In this document: one piece after another, positions 19,402 through 32,698 of the stretch
Position numbering within the stretch: position 1 is the first letter of the stretch
Layout: every line of letters starts with the position of its first letter
Assembly (NCBI GenBank): GCA_030037735.1
Contig: JASHQC010000056.1
Location: 1,707-65,706, forward strand
Direction: 5' to 3'
Length of the DNA: 64,000 bases
DNA from: Thermoplasmata archaeon
Lineage (GTDB): Archaea > Thermoplasmatota > Thermoplasmata > Lutacidiplasmatales > UBA184
Position numbers and translations under genes: made by a program
The notes under the pieces: model-generated
Seen by the model: the letters and a program-made list of their open reading frames with translations, nothing else
What the model was told of the DNA's origin: nothing
Databases searched by the model: none

Positions 19402-22400
19402 TCAGAAGCGGATGAGCTGCCACTGATTGGGCCGGCGCTCGGCCACTTCGCCCTGGTTCCGGAGCGAATAGAACAAGGCCTCCGTACGGGCCGGCGACAC
19501 GCCCTGCTTCTCGGCCGCCGCGCGCAGCTCCTCCATCGTAAAGTATCCCTTTTCCGCCTGGAGCTGGCGCATCATCTCGTACAGCATGTCCATCCGCTCC
19601 CGTTGACTGTGGGTTACGCCCGTCGTCAACGTGTCGATGTCGAGCTGCCCCTCGGAACTCGCGACGCGCGCCAGGAAGCTCGTCACGATCTTGATGGCCC
19701 GATTGGCGTCCTCGAGCGAGACGACGTTCGACAGACGGGCACGGGCCGCGGCCTCGCTCAGTCGGACGAGGGCCTCGAGCTGACGCGCCGTGATAGGGAC
19801 GGGCGCGTCGGGCGCCTCCCCCTGCTTGCGGACCTGAACATAGTAGTCCTCGATGGCGGAGAGGGCTTCGGGGGAAAGTACCGGACGGAAGGTCCGGCGG
19901 GCGTAGGCTATGTACTTTCGCAGGAAATCCGGCGGGAACGGGGCCCCTCCGGAAGGAGATTCAGCGGTTTCGGCACCGAGCTCCCGGGCCTCTCCGGCCC
20001 GGTGGGACTCGAGAATCCGATTCGCCAGCAGCCGGTCTCGTTGACGATCCGGCTTGTCGAATATCGAGTAGATGACGTCGAACCGCGAGAGGAGGGTGGG
20101 GGGAAGATTGACTTGCTCCGCAAAGCTCCGGTCCGGGGCGAACCGCCCAAATCGGGGGTTTGCCGCTGCCAGAACTGTGCAGCGCGCGTTCAAAGTGGCG
20201 GTGATGCCGGCCTTGCTCACCGACACCGTTCCAGATTCTAGCGCCTCATGCATTGCTGACGAATCTTCCGGCGTCATCTTGTCGAGCTCGTCAATGACCG
20301 CGACCCCGCCATCGGCGAGCACCATCATTCCCGCCTCAAGCACCCAGCGACCGCCGGCAAAATCGTCTTTGACCGCGGCCGCCGTCAGACCCGCGGCCGT
20401 GGCTCCTTTGCCGCTAGTGTAGATCCCTCGCGGGGCAACGTCGGCCACATAGCGCAAAAGCTGGCTCTTCGCGGTATTGTGGCTGATGAAACCATTGGCA
20501 ATGAACCGGTGATCCCGGGGTACCTCGATGTCGTACACGGTGGCGCGGCCGGCCGCTCGAATGGAAACGATTCGCTCGAACCGGTGGTCGTGCCCGCGCG
20601 GCCGGTCCTGACGCACTCGACGGACAAGCCGTTCGAGTTGCCGGTTCTTCCCGGCGCTGACAAACCCGATGCGCTGGGCAAAGCGGAGCAGTGAGTTGGT
20701 TCGCCGAATCGACAACGTTCCCTTGTGTCCTCCCCCGATCAGCGACCCGTTCTTGAAGTGAGGAGAGGGACCTTTCTCGCTCCAGATGATGCGGCCATGT
20801 ATCCCCCACCTCAGCAGCAGGATCTGAACGTCACGAAGCAATTCCAGGCTCGTGGACCGCAGAGACACCGCGGTGTCTCCCCGTCCGTTCGCAAAGCACG
20901 TTCCGTCTGCTTCGAAGAGCCATTTGAGAAACGACGCAGCAACGTGGTTGGGAGACTCGAAGATGATATCCGGAACGCGCCTCCTTCGCAGAGGATAGAG
21001 CCACTCCGCGACGGGAGTTCGGTGGACCTGGAAGGGCTGGCACGCCGCCCGACGCTTTTGAGGACTAGGATCCGTGCCAAAGACGCGCCGGAAAAGGTCG
21101 GTTAACGAGGGGGAGAGATCTGGGTCCTTGTCCGCGACGCGGTAGGTTACCTTGCGGTCCGAGACATCCCCGTCACCCAGCACGTATCCCAAGATGGCCG
21201 CAAGGTCCTCGTCAACGAATCCTGGCACGCGAACATGCCAGCTCCCGTGAACGTACTCCGGTACCCTCCATCCAGTGGGGACCAGGGCCGCCTTGCGACA
21301 TGGAATCCTCGAAGCGACCCGGAGGCGGTCGCCGACTGTCAGTTGGTCCAGCCGGCGCCAAACGTCGGTCCGAGCGTCCCGTTTTCGCGTGAGCAGAGGA
21401 TGGTTGAACGTGCCCCGAATGGACTTGCCACTTTCGGTTACGACCTCCAGCGTCGGTAGATCTCGGTACCGATGGAACGTCGTCGCCGTCCCGGTTCGAC
21501 CCGTCGGGCCCCCGACTTGGACCTTTTCCTGGATGGGCTGCAGGTGAGCCGTTCCGAATTTCGCGAGCTTTCGCGTGGCACCCGTTCCAAGGGTGATTCG
21601 TTCATCTCCCACTAGGCAGCCGGGGTCCCCGACCAGCAGGACGTGGACGTCACCCCGGATTCGAATGCCATCGGGTTGGTGTTTTTCGACCCCGCCAAAG
21701 AGCTGGAGCGCGATCGCCTCCTTTTCCTCCTCCATCCCTTTGATGGTCGGAGCAAGGGACAATACAATTCGGTCGATTACCGTCCCGTCACCTTGCCACT
21801 GGAGAATCTCCCTCAGCTCCTCGTCCGTGACTTCAATTTCGGCGTACTCTTGATGTTTGGACTCGAGGGAGTTTCCGAGAAGAATCAAATCGAAAGTAGT
21901 GGACCGTACGACGCCCGTCCGCGAGGACGTGGCCCGCTGGAGCGATTTGAGGGTCCCTGCCACGATCACCCGGTTACCGGGTATCACCTGACCGGTGAGA
22001 TCCTCCGTGAGGAGGACCGAAAGGCCCTGGGGATGCGCACCGCCCTTTAGACTCTCGGGGTTCTCCTGGATTTCAATCCGCTGCGAGTCAACGTACAGGG
22101 ACTTATCCGGGAGCAGCCGGAATCGGGTCCGACTTGCGGGCTTCCCGCAGCCGCCCTGGGCAGTGTAACATTCGATGGGCTCCCGGAAAATCGGACTGGT
22201 CTCGTCCTGCAATTCATGAATCTCCACTCGACATGCTGCGCAGGAAAAGACCGCATCTCGAATCTGTGGACGAACTTCCGTCGCCTTTCGAACGATCCCG
22301 TCGATGGCAATGAAGCGATTGAGGTCGGATTCTCGTATTTCTCGAATGACACGGTGCGCGGTGACCGGGAGCCCCGTCACGCGCAACCGGAGACCTTGGG

Positions 22401-22662
22401 CCTCGGGACCCATCACTGGCAGCAGCTCCCGCATGGCGCGCGAGCCGAAGTCCAGGACCTCCTCGGGGCGGACCAGGAGCTCGTCCGCCAACGCCGTGTC
22501 GGCCGTCTCGATCGCGGGGAACGGAATCTCGAGCGACCGTTCCTCGGGGAAGCGGCTCGCCAGCTCCATCACCTTGTGCCGTACGCCGGCCTCTTCGAAG
22601 ACCGCCGCCCAGCGGCCCGCTAGTTCACCGGGTGAGGTGAGCACGCGAGGTGACGTGACCAT
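19402..22662 (-). CDS. mcm: Replicative helicase MCM, intein-containing
   Basis: Zn-finger, OB-fold, IRGDVHVLLVGDPG|TAKSQLL, VIDELDKM, LLSRFD, ITARQLEAL. Confidence 0.97.
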   Translation of the reverse strand: MVTSPRVLTSPGELAGRWAAVFEEAGVRHKVMELASRFPEERSLEIPFPAIETADTALADELLVRPEEVLDFGSRAMRELLPVMGPEAQGLRLRVTGLPVTAHRVIREIRESDLNRFIAIDGIVRKATEVRPQIRDAVFSCAACRVEIHELQDETSPIFREPIECYTAQGGCGKPASRTRFRLLPDKSLYVDSQRIEIQENPESLKGGAHPQGLSVLLTEDLTGQVIPGNRVIVAGTLKSLQRATSSRTGVVRSTTFDLILLGNSLESKHQEYAEIEVTDEELREILQWQGDGTVIDRIVLSLAPTIKGMEEEKEAIALQLFGGVEKHQPDGIRIRGDVHVLLVGDPGCLVGDERITLGTGATRKLAKFGTAHLQPIQEKVQVGGPTGRTGTATTFHRYRDLPTLEVVTESGKSIRGTFNHPLLTRKRDARTDVWRRLDQLTVGDRLRVASRIPCRKAALVPTGWRVPEYVHGSWHVRVPGFVDEDLAAILGYVLGDGDVSDRKVTYRVADKDPDLSPSLTDLFRRVFGTDPSPQKRRAACQPFQVHRTPVAEWLYPLRRRRVPDIIFESPNHVAASFLKWLFEADGTCFANGRGDTAVSLRSTSLELLRDVQILLLRWGIHGRIIWSEKGPSPHFKNGSLIGGGHKGTLSIRRTNSLLRFAQRIGFVSAGKNRQLERLVRRVRQDRPRGHDHRFERIVSIRAAGRATVYDIEVPRDHRFIANGFISHNTAKSQLLRYVADVAPRGIYTSGKGATAAGLTAAAVKDDFAGGRWVLEAGMMVLADGGVAVIDELDKMTPEDSSAMHEALESGTVSVSKAGITATLNARCTVLAAANPRFGRFAPDRSFAEQVNLPPTLLSRFDVIYSIFDKPDRQRDRLLANRILESHRAGEARELGAETAESPSGGAPFPPDFLRKYIAYARRTFRPVLSPEALSAIEDYYVQVRKQGEAPDAPVPITARQLEALVRLSEAAARARLSNVVSLEDANRAIKIVTSFLARVASSEGQLDIDTLTTGVTHSQRERMDMLYEMMRQLQAEKGYFTMEELRAAAEKQGVSPARTEALFYSLRNQGEVAERRPNQWQLIRF
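20476..21618 (-). mobile_element. Intein (381 aa) with LAGLIDADG homing endonuclease, inserted in the MCM Walker A motif
   Basis: GDPG|CLVGDE start, TFNHPL block B, LGYVLGDG and LFEADG endonuclease blocks, VYDIEV...FIANGFISHN|T end. Confidence 0.96.
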
Positions 22663-22682
22663 GGGGTACCGGCTCCTGAGAT

Positions 22683-23993
22683 TCAGGGGGTCAAGCGATA
22701 GCGGTCTCTAGGAAATAGCCGTGACTCTCGGATATTGGGAAGGTCTGCCAGCACGGTGGTGAAGCGGTCGAGGCCGAACCCCCAACCCCCATGGGGAGGC
22801 ATCCCGAACCGGAACGCCTCCAGATAGCCTTCGAGGGTGGCCGGATCCACCCCGGCGGCGCGGATATTGGCCATGAGCTGCTCGAACCGATGTTCCCGTC
22901 GGCCCCCGCTGGCCAACTCGAGACCCCGATAGTCGAGGTCGAAGTAGTCAACGAACTGGGGGCGGTCGTCGAACCGGTGGGCGTAGAAAGTGCCCACCTT
23001 CACGGAAGTGGGAAAATCGGTCAGGAAGTAGAATGGGTTACCGTACTTGGTCACCAGGACCTCTCCGAGCCGCTTCTCGTCTTCCGGGCTCAGGTCCTTC
23101 TCGGCTCCCGGAGTGCCTAGCAGCTCCTGGCACTCGGTGTAAGGAATCCGGGGAAAGGGAGGCTCCGCGACCGGCAACTTGTCCGCGAAAGCATTCCCCC
23201 AGCTCTGGAGCCGCGCCCGGGTCGTCGCGAGGGTGTCGGTAACGATCGCCTCGAGCACTTGGCGGACGTCGTCGGCGTCCCGGATGTAGGCGATCTCGCC
23301 GTCGACGCTCGAAAACTCTGTGAGGTGCCGGACCGTGTCAGAGGGCTCGGCCCGAAAGGCCGGGGCGATCTCGAAGACGCGCTCGAACCCGGCGCTCATG
23401 AGCATCTGCTTGTAGAGCTGCGGGCTCTGCGCCAGGTAGGCCGGAGAATCGAAGTAGTCCACGGCGAACATCGTCGCTCCTCCCTCGGCGCCCTGACGGA
23501 GGAGCTTTGGCGTCTCGACCTCGAGAAACCCGCGGGAGAGGAACGACTGACGCAGGCCCTCCAGGAGCGCCGTGCGCAGCTCGAAGATGGCCCGGACCGC
23601 CGGCTTTCGGAGGTCGATCACTCGGTGATTGAGGCGGGTGTCGAGCTCAGCGCCGACCTTGTCGGCCACGCCGAGGGGCAACGGGACCTCCGCCTGGGAG
23701 AGGATCTCTGCGCGGGTCGGGATGACCTCCACCCCACGTTGCGCCTTCGGGGAGGCTTGGACTGTACCATCGACCTGAATCACCGACTCCCTCGGGGTGG
23801 CGGCGAACAGGGCGAAGAGCTGGGGGTCGGTGGCTCCCTTCTTGAGAGTGATCTGAGCGATGCCCGAGCCATCCCGCACGAGCGCGAACGCGACGCCGCC
23901 CAGCGCGCGGTAGTCTTGCAGGTGCCCGGCAACCCGGACGGCCGATCCGGCGAGGGCCGGCAGCTCACGCGTGAGCCGCCGCGGGGGCGACAG
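22683..23993 (-). CDS. aspS: Aspartyl-tRNA synthetase (archaeal type), probable CTG start
   Basis: [39 protein letters not shown]. The OB-fold N-terminus ([15 protein letters not shown]) lies upstream of the ORF-track start, and a CTG at 23993 follows AGGAGGTG. Confidence 0.93.
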   Translation of the reverse strand: MSPPRRLTRELPALAGSAVRVAGHLQDYRALGGVAFALVRDGSGIAQITLKKGATDPQLFALFAATPRESVIQVDGTVQASPKAQRGVEVIPTRAEILSQAEVPLPLGVADKVGAELDTRLNHRVIDLRKPAVRAIFELRTALLEGLRQSFLSRGFLEVETPKLLRQGAEGGATMFAVDYFDSPAYLAQSPQLYKQMLMSAGFERVFEIAPAFRAEPSDTVRHLTEFSSVDGEIAYIRDADDVRQVLEAIVTDTLATTRARLQSWGNAFADKLPVAEPPFPRIPYTECQELLGTPGAEKDLSPEDEKRLGEVLVTKYGNPFYFLTDFPTSVKVGTFYAHRFDDRPQFVDYFDLDYRGLELASGGRREHRFEQLMANIRAAGVDPATLEGYLEAFRFGMPPHGGWGFGLDRFTTVLADLPNIRESRLFPRDRYRLTP

Positions 23994-25599
23994 AAGCGGC
24001 CACCTCCTTGCGCGCGAGCGCCGCCCGCACGAGGCCCATGTACAGCGGGTGCGGCGTCTCGGGCCGGGAGAGGAGCTCCGGGTGATACTGGACTCCGAGG
24101 AAGAACGGATGCGAGGGGATCTCGAACGACTCCACCCGGCCGTCGACTGACCGACCGGTCACGACGAGGCCCTGTTGATTCATGCGGTCGAGGTACGCCG
24201 GATTGATCTCGTAGCGATGCCGGTGCCGCTCCCAGATCTCGGAGCGACCGTAGACTTCCGCGATCCGGCTGCCCGCCACGAGCTCGACGCGCTGGGCCCC
24301 GAGCCGCATGGTGCCACCCATGTCGGCGACCTCCTTCTGCTCCTCCAGGAGGCAGACGACGGGGTCGGGCGTGTGCGGATCCACCTCGGTCGTATTGGCC
24401 TGCGAGAGCCCGAGGGCGTTCCGCGCGAACTCGACCGCCGCGAGCTGGAAGCCATAACAGACTCCGAGGAACGGAATGGAGAGGGTTCGGGCCGTCTCGA
24501 TGGCCCGCAATTTACCATCAACGCCCCGTGCTCCGAATCCTGGCGCCACCAGCACGGCATCGGCCCGCCGCAGACGCGCCAAAGCGGCGGAGTCGCGAGG
24601 AAGGTCTTCGGAATCGTACCAATGGAGCTGGATCGAGTAGCCGAGGTTTCCCTGCACGTGGTGGAACGCTTCGATGTGGGAGAGGTATGCATCTTTGAGC
24701 TCGGTGTACTTGCCGACGAAGGCGATGTCCAAGCTCCCCTGGTTGGCGCGATAGGTGGTGAGAAATTCCTTCCACCGTCCGTAGTCCGGCGGCCGGTCCG
24801 GTAGCCTGAGTTGCCGGGATAGGAGTTGGCCCACGCCCTGGGCTTCCAGGACGAGGGGCACCTCGTAGATCACTTGCTGGTCGGGCACCGAAATGACCGC
24901 CTCGGGCGGCACGTCGCAGAACAGCGAGATTTTTGCCTTGATCTCCGGCGTCAGGGGCACCGACGCACGGGCCACGATGATCGACGGGCGAATTCCGATG
25001 GCCCGGAGTTCGCGTACGGAGTGCTGGGTGGGCTTCGTCTTGGGCTCGCCGACCGGTCCGGCGACGGGAACGAGTGTCGTGTGCACGAACGACATGTGGC
25101 CCTCGCCCAGTTCGTACGACAGCTCACGCAGGGCCTCGAGGAACGGCATCGATTCGATGTCGCCCACGGTCCCGCCAACCTCGACAAGCACAACCTCGGC
25201 GCCGGTGGTCTGGGCTACTTCCCGAATCTGGCGCTTGATCTCTCCCGTGATATGCGGAATGATCTGGACGGTGGTACCCAGATAGTCGCCACGGCGTTCC
25301 TTGTCGATGACGGCGCGATAGATCTTGCCGGTGGTGATGTTGTGGCTGCCGGTGAGGCTCTGTCCGAGGAACCGCTCGTAGTTCCCGAGGTCGAGGTCGA
25401 CTTCCGTTCCGTCGTCTAAGACGAACACCTCGCCATGCTGGTACGGGTTCATCGTACCGGCGTCGACGTTGAGGTACGGATCGATCTTGAGAACAGTCAC
25501 CGGGACCCCCCGGGCCTTCAGCAACCGTGCGAGCGACGCCGTCGTGATGCCTTTCCCGAGGCCGGAGATAACTCCGCCGCTCACGACCAAGACTTTCAT
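23965..25599 (-). CDS. pyrG: CTP synthase
   Basis: [40 protein letters not shown]. Confidence 0.98.
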   Translation of the reverse strand: MKVLVVSGGVISGLGKGITTASLARLLKARGVPVTVLKIDPYLNVDAGTMNPYQHGEVFVLDDGTEVDLDLGNYERFLGQSLTGSHNITTGKIYRAVIDKERRGDYLGTTVQIIPHITGEIKRQIREVAQTTGAEVVLVEVGGTVGDIESMPFLEALRELSYELGEGHMSFVHTTLVPVAGPVGEPKTKPTQHSVRELRAIGIRPSIIVARASVPLTPEIKAKISLFCDVPPEAVISVPDQQVIYEVPLVLEAQGVGQLLSRQLRLPDRPPDYGRWKEFLTTYRANQGSLDIAFVGKYTELKDAYLSHIEAFHHVQGNLGYSIQLHWYDSEDLPRDSAALARLRRADAVLVAPGFGARGVDGKLRAIETARTLSIPFLGVCYGFQLAAVEFARNALGLSQANTTEVDPHTPDPVVCLLEEQKEVADMGGTMRLGAQRVELVAGSRIAEVYGRSEIWERHRHRYEINPAYLDRMNQQGLVVTGRSVDGRVESFEIPSHPFFLGVQYHPELLSRPETPHPLYMGLVRAALARKEVAASVAPAAAHA

Positions 25600-25705
25600 C
25601 CACGAACCTCGCGCGGGTAACTGGACTCCACCTTAAAGTCTGCCTCCGGGAGATGACGAAACGCGGTGGATGCATGTGAAAATCGCCGCGTTTCGAAGTC
25701 CCCGC

Positions 25706-26479
25706 TCACAGTGGAACCCTCCGTCCGGAGCTATCTCGCTTGGTCCGACCGAACTCAGCGATCGGGGTCAGCCGACTCGCCGGAAACACGGGGCCGTCCG
25801 TGCACACGTGGTAGGGACCCAGGGCACACGCATCGCACATGCCCAGGGCGCACTTCATTTGCCGCTCCATCGAGCAAAAGACGGGAACCCGGCGCTCGTC
25901 GGCCGCCGAGATGACCTTCTTCATCATCACTTCGGGGCCGCATGTCCATACCGCGTCGAACGGTTGCTCCGCCAACAGTCGTCGGCTCACGTCCGTCACA
26001 AACCCGTGGTGGCCTCGTGAACCGTCGTCCGTCGCCACCTCGACCTTCTCGGAGATCGCCTTCATCCGGTCCACGAAGAGGAGCTCCGGTGCGGTCGTCG
26101 CGCCCAGTGCTGCGACGATCCGGCTCCCTCGTTGAGCAGCGGCCTCGGCCGCCGGTGCGAGAACGGCCGTTCCGGACCCACCCCCGACCGCTAGGATTCG
26201 CCGGGGATCCAGGTCGAATTGGTTCCCGTACGGGCCGCGGATGCCCACCAGCGTGCCCACCGGGAGGGAGAGCGTTCGGCGCGAGGTGTCCCCCATCGCC
26301 TTGATCGTTACTCCCTTAGGGTCACCGGTGTACGACAGCGACATCGGCAGCTCGTCATCGCCAGGAATCCAGATCATGACGAACTGGCCCGGTCCCGCTG
26401 GAGGGGCGTAACGGAAACGCAGAGTCACCGTGTTGGGGGTCTCAACCACACGCTCCGAGACCTCCGTGATAGTGCGCAC
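25706..26479 (-). CDS. pyrK: Dihydroorotate dehydrogenase electron transfer subunit
   Basis: PGQFVM, RGPYGN, CGPEVMM, MKCALGMCDAC...VCTDGPVF. Confidence 0.94.
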   Translation of the reverse strand: MRTITEVSERVVETPNTVTLRFRYAPPAGPGQFVMIWIPGDDELPMSLSYTGDPKGVTIKAMGDTSRRTLSLPVGTLVGIRGPYGNQFDLDPRRILAVGGGSGTAVLAPAAEAAAQRGSRIVAALGATTAPELLFVDRMKAISEKVEVATDDGSRGHHGFVTDVSRRLLAEQPFDAVWTCGPEVMMKKVISAADERRVPVFCSMERQMKCALGMCDACALGPYHVCTDGPVFPASRLTPIAEFGRTKRDSSGRRVPL

Positions 26480-26525
26480 AAATTTAGAGCCGGTGCCGGA
26501 ATAAAAGGCTAGCCCGCCACGCGGA

Positions 26526-27452
26526 TCACTGCGGGGTGGCGGTCGTGTGGGCGCCGCCGACTATCTCCTCGAGTCGGTGCACCTTGAGCGCGTCCAGCCG
26601 TTCGCTGAGCTCTTTGGCGAGTCCGGAGAATATGCCGATCCCTCGAAATGCGACGGCGGTTCCCAATTGCACCGCCCGGGCCCCCGCGAGCACGTATTCG
26701 ATGACGTCGTCCGCGTGCTCGATCCCGCCAATCCCGATGATAGGGATACGCACGCGCTCGTAGATCTGCCAGACGCACGCTAGTCCGATCGGCTTGATCG
26801 CGGGCCCGCTTAGCCCCCCAAGCCCGTGGGCGAGGACCGGCCGACGCAGTCGGACGTCGATCGCCAAGGCCCGAACCGTGTTGATGGCGCTGATCGCATC
26901 CGCGCCCGCCGACTCTGCCGCTTGGGCGAGGGAGGCCACGTCGTAGTGGTTGGGAGTGATCTTCGCGATCACCGGTATCTTGACCGCCCGCTTCACAGCC
27001 CGAACCACCTCTCGCACCTGGTCGGGATCCTGGCCGATCCCAGACCCCAATCCCTTCGCGTGAGGACAGCTCAAATTGAGCTCCAGTGCCAGGACCCCCG
27101 TCGCGGCCATCCGGGCGGCGAGTTGGGCGAACTCCTCGGCATCGGCCCCGAACACCGACCCGATGACCGCTGCGCCGGCGGACCGGGCGATACCGATCTC
27201 CTGAGGATATTCCTCGATCCCCGGATTCGGGAGACCCATCGCGTTGAGCATACCCCACTTTTCATACGTCACGACCGTGGGATTGGGGTAACCCATCCGG
27301 GGCTGGCTACCGATCGACTTGGTAACGACGCCGCCGGCCCCGGCTTCCCAAGCGCCTTTCAGCGAATTGCCGCTTTCTCCCCAGATCCCGGACGCTAGCC
27401 AGAGCGGATTTCGAAACGTGTGTCCCACTAGCGTCGTACGGAGATCGGCCAC
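26526..27452 (-). CDS. pyrD: Dihydroorotate dehydrogenase family 1B, catalytic subunit
   Basis: [32 protein letters not shown]. Confidence 0.96.
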   Translation of the reverse strand: MADLRTTLVGHTFRNPLWLASGIWGESGNSLKGAWEAGAGGVVTKSIGSQPRMGYPNPTVVTYEKWGMLNAMGLPNPGIEEYPQEIGIARSAGAAVIGSVFGADAEEFAQLAARMAATGVLALELNLSCPHAKGLGSGIGQDPDQVREVVRAVKRAVKIPVIAKITPNHYDVASLAQAAESAGADAISAINTVRALAIDVRLRRPVLAHGLGGLSGPAIKPIGLACVWQIYERVRIPIIGIGGIEHADDVIEYVLAGARAVQLGTAVAFRGIGIFSGLAKELSERLDALKVHRLEEIVGGAHTTATPQ

Positions 27453-27505
27453 TGGCGTCGGGGAGCCGTGGTCGGTTTATAGGACTTGGCCGTCGGAAAT
27501 TGTCT

Positions 27506-30115
<2,610 letters not shown>

Positions 30116-30126
30116 GGGAGCCGCCG

Positions 30127-31101
30127 CTGACCGCCGTCGTCGCGCTCCTGGGACCTCCGGAGCTGGGGAAAGAGCTCGGCAAAAAGGGTACCTCGAGCGA
30201 CATCGCACTCTACAACATGACCCGGGACGGCCAGGTGCTCACCACCGTCGAGCCGGCGCAGTTTCCCGAAAAGTTCCCGTCCCTGCTCTACGCCATCGCG
30301 CTCGCGGACCGGGTCCTCCTGGTGGTGACGGCGCTGGACCGACCGTTCGCCGAGAGCGTGGCAACGCTCGACCTGTTCGACACACCGGTCTCGGTCTATC
30401 TTACTGGCGGTGCGGGGGAGACGGAGGTGCGACGGGTCCTGAAAGGGAGCCGCTTCGAGTCCGCACCCCTTACTCCGCTGGACCTCCCTCACCTCCGGGA
30501 GGAACTGATGGGCTGGACGCCGCCGCCGGTTCCCGACGGTCCCGTCTCGGTGCGCCTCGACCACGCCTTTCCCGTCAAGGGGGTCGGCACCGTGGCCCTG
30601 GGGTTCGTCCAACGGGGAACGCTTCACGCCCACGATCGACTTCGCTTGTGGCCAACGGAGCGCGAGGTGGAGGTCCGGTCGATCCAGTCCCAGGACGTGG
30701 ATATTCGAGAGGCATCGCAGGGAACGCGCGTCGGCGTGGCCCTGAAAGGCGCGGATGCCGACGAGATTTCTCGAGGGCAGATACTGGCTCCGGCGACGGG
30801 GCACACGATAGGAAACCGTTTCGTGCTACGGGCGCGCCGAGATTCCCGATACTATCGGGGTCGGGTGGATGAAGGGGCCCAACTGCAGTTGCTCGTGGGA
30901 CTCCAGCTTCTCCCGGCCCGTATCGAATCGGCCGTCCCGGACCGACTCGAGCTGACGACCGACCGACCGGTCGTCGCGGATCGGGGGGATCCGGCGTGGC
31001 TTTCGGACCTTTCTGCGGCGCCGGGGCCTCGCTTGGTAGGTCGCGCGGTGCTCGACGAGGTGAAGCTTGATACGCACCCATCGACGTCTTCGTCAGTGTG
31101 A
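30127..31101 (+). CDS. Archaeal EF-Tu/SelB-like protein with a degenerate G-domain and domain II, probable CTG start
   Basis: LDHAFPVKGVGTVALG, VRSIQ...RVGVALKG...RG. The N-terminal LGKKGTSSDIALYN lies upstream of the ORF-track ATG. Confidence 0.85.
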   Translation: MTAVVALLGPPELGKELGKKGTSSDIALYNMTRDGQVLTTVEPAQFPEKFPSLLYAIALADRVLLVVTALDRPFAESVATLDLFDTPVSVYLTGGAGETEVRRVLKGSRFESAPLTPLDLPHLREELMGWTPPPVPDGPVSVRLDHAFPVKGVGTVALGFVQRGTLHAHDRLRLWPTEREVEVRSIQSQDVDIREASQGTRVGVALKGADADEISRGQILAPATGHTIGNRFVLRARRDSRYYRGRVDEGAQLQLLVGLQLLPARIESAVPDRLELTTDRPVVADRGDPAWLSDLSAAPGPRLVGRAVLDEVKLDTHPSTSSSV

Positions 31102-31124
31102 CCCTTCCACCGTACCCTCGGTTG

Positions 31125-31313
31125 ATGTCGGAAGCTATCCAACCCGCGGCCTCTCCCGAACGGACCTGCTCGAGCTGCCGGACCCCACTGGTGTTCCAAG
31201 GGCGTCACCCGTTCCGTACCGGGGGGCTGTCCGGTCACACCGAGAGCGTGATCCTCCTCGAGATGCAGTGGTGCCCCCACTGCGGCCGGGTCGAGTTCTT
31301 CAGCGGAACCTGA
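31125..31313 (+). CDS. Small Zn-ribbon (CPxCG-type) protein
   Basis: CSSC...WCPHCGRVEFF; co-oriented after the EF-Tu-like gene. Confidence 0.75.
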   Translation: MSEAIQPAASPERTCSSCRTPLVFQGRHPFRTGGLSGHTESVILLEMQWCPHCGRVEFFSGT

Positions 31314-31320
31314 GCTCCCG

Positions 31321-32523
31321 CTACGCGAACATCGTGACGGACTCCTTGCGGAGCTCTTCCTCGCCCACGACCTTCTCGACCGCGCGGTCGAAGTCGGCGG
31401 CGGTCACGTAGTCCCGTTCCTCGCGGATCGCGAACATCCCGGCCTCGGTGCAGATCGACTTGATGTCGGCACCGGTCGCGCCGTCGGTCCGACTCGCGAG
31501 CGCCTCGAAGTCGACGGGGTCCTTGATGGCCATGCCGGCGGAGTGGATCCGGAATATCTCGGCCCGGCCCTGGTAGGAGGGCACGGGGATCTCAATGATC
31601 CGGTCGAACCGACCGGGCCGCAGCAGCGCTTCGTCCAGAATGTCCGGGCGGTTCGTCGCGGCGATGATCTTGGTGTTGGCGAGTGGTTCGAACCCGTCCA
31701 TCTCGGCGAGGAGCTGCATCAGGGTCCGCTGGACCTCGCGGTCGCCACTGGTCGCCACTTCGAGCCGCTTCGCCCCAATCGAATCGATCTCGTCGATGAA
31801 GATGACCGTGGGCGCCTTCTCCCGCGCCAGCTGGAACAGTTCTCGGACAAGCCGGGCCCCTTCCCCGATGTACTTCTGGACCAGCTCGCTACCGACGAGC
31901 CGGATGAACGTCGCGTGGGTGTGATGGGCCACGGCCTTGGCGATCATGGTCTTGCCCGTGCCCGGCGGGCCGATCAGCAGGACGCCCTTGGGCGGCTCGA
32001 CGCCGACCTTCTTGTACAGCTCTGTCCGCAGCAGCGGGTACTCCACGGCTTCCCGGATGTCCCGGATCTGGTCGGAGAGACCCCCGATGTCGGTGTAGGC
32101 AACGTTCGGCTTCTCCACGATCTCACTCGCGGTCACGAGCGGGTCGACCGAGGCAGGCAGCACTCCCATCACGGCGAGCGTCTGCTTGTTGAGGGCCACC
32201 CGGCAGCCGACGGAGAGCTTGTCGTGCTCCACGTTCTCCGCGGAGTTGACGACGAAGTCCGGACCCGTCGACGACTTGACCACGACCCGACCATCGGTGA
32301 GGATGTCGCGGACGCTGCCGACAATGAGCGGCGGGTACCGGAGCCGGTCAAGCTCGGTCTTGAGCCGCTTGACCTCGCGCTGGAGACGGAGGATTTCGGC
32401 CTCCATGTAGTGCCGCTCGCTCTCGACCCGCTTGATGGCCTCGGCGAGCTGACTGTTCCTCAGTTCGAGGAAGTTCACCCGGTCGAAGTCGGTGTTCTGC
32501 GTCGCAGGTTCGGTGTCCGCCAT
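31321..32523 (-). CDS. pan: Proteasome-activating nucleotidase
   Basis: Coiled coil, PPL, OB-fold, [34 protein letters not shown]-terminal MFA. Confidence 0.97.
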   Translation of the reverse strand: MADTEPATQNTDFDRVNFLELRNSQLAEAIKRVESERHYMEAEILRLQREVKRLKTELDRLRYPPLIVGSVRDILTDGRVVVKSSTGPDFVVNSAENVEHDKLSVGCRVALNKQTLAVMGVLPASVDPLVTASEIVEKPNVAYTDIGGLSDQIRDIREAVEYPLLRTELYKKVGVEPPKGVLLIGPPGTGKTMIAKAVAHHTHATFIRLVGSELVQKYIGEGARLVRELFQLAREKAPTVIFIDEIDSIGAKRLEVATSGDREVQRTLMQLLAEMDGFEPLANTKIIAATNRPDILDEALLRPGRFDRIIEIPVPSYQGRAEIFRIHSAGMAIKDPVDFEALASRTDGATGADIKSICTEAGMFAIREERDYVTAADFDRAVEKVVGEEELRKESVTMFA

Positions 32524-32698
32524 CCGGTTACACGTCTCCGATAAGAGACCGAAATCTTCTAGCCCGTCTAGGATTATACCTCTTTGCGTTCGGCTGCAGC
32601 ACCGCAGGTGCAGTTCCGTACCGAGAGAACGCCGCCACGCTTTCCGCACCCGGCGCGGCGGCACCGGCTTTAAGGCTTCTGCGGAAACTTCGCCGAGA

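Noticed and set aside
30127..31101. SelB / selenocysteine system
   Set aside because: No intact GTPase motifs, and no tRNA-Sec, SECIS or in-frame UGA selenoprotein seen. The hydrogenase has Cys in L2.
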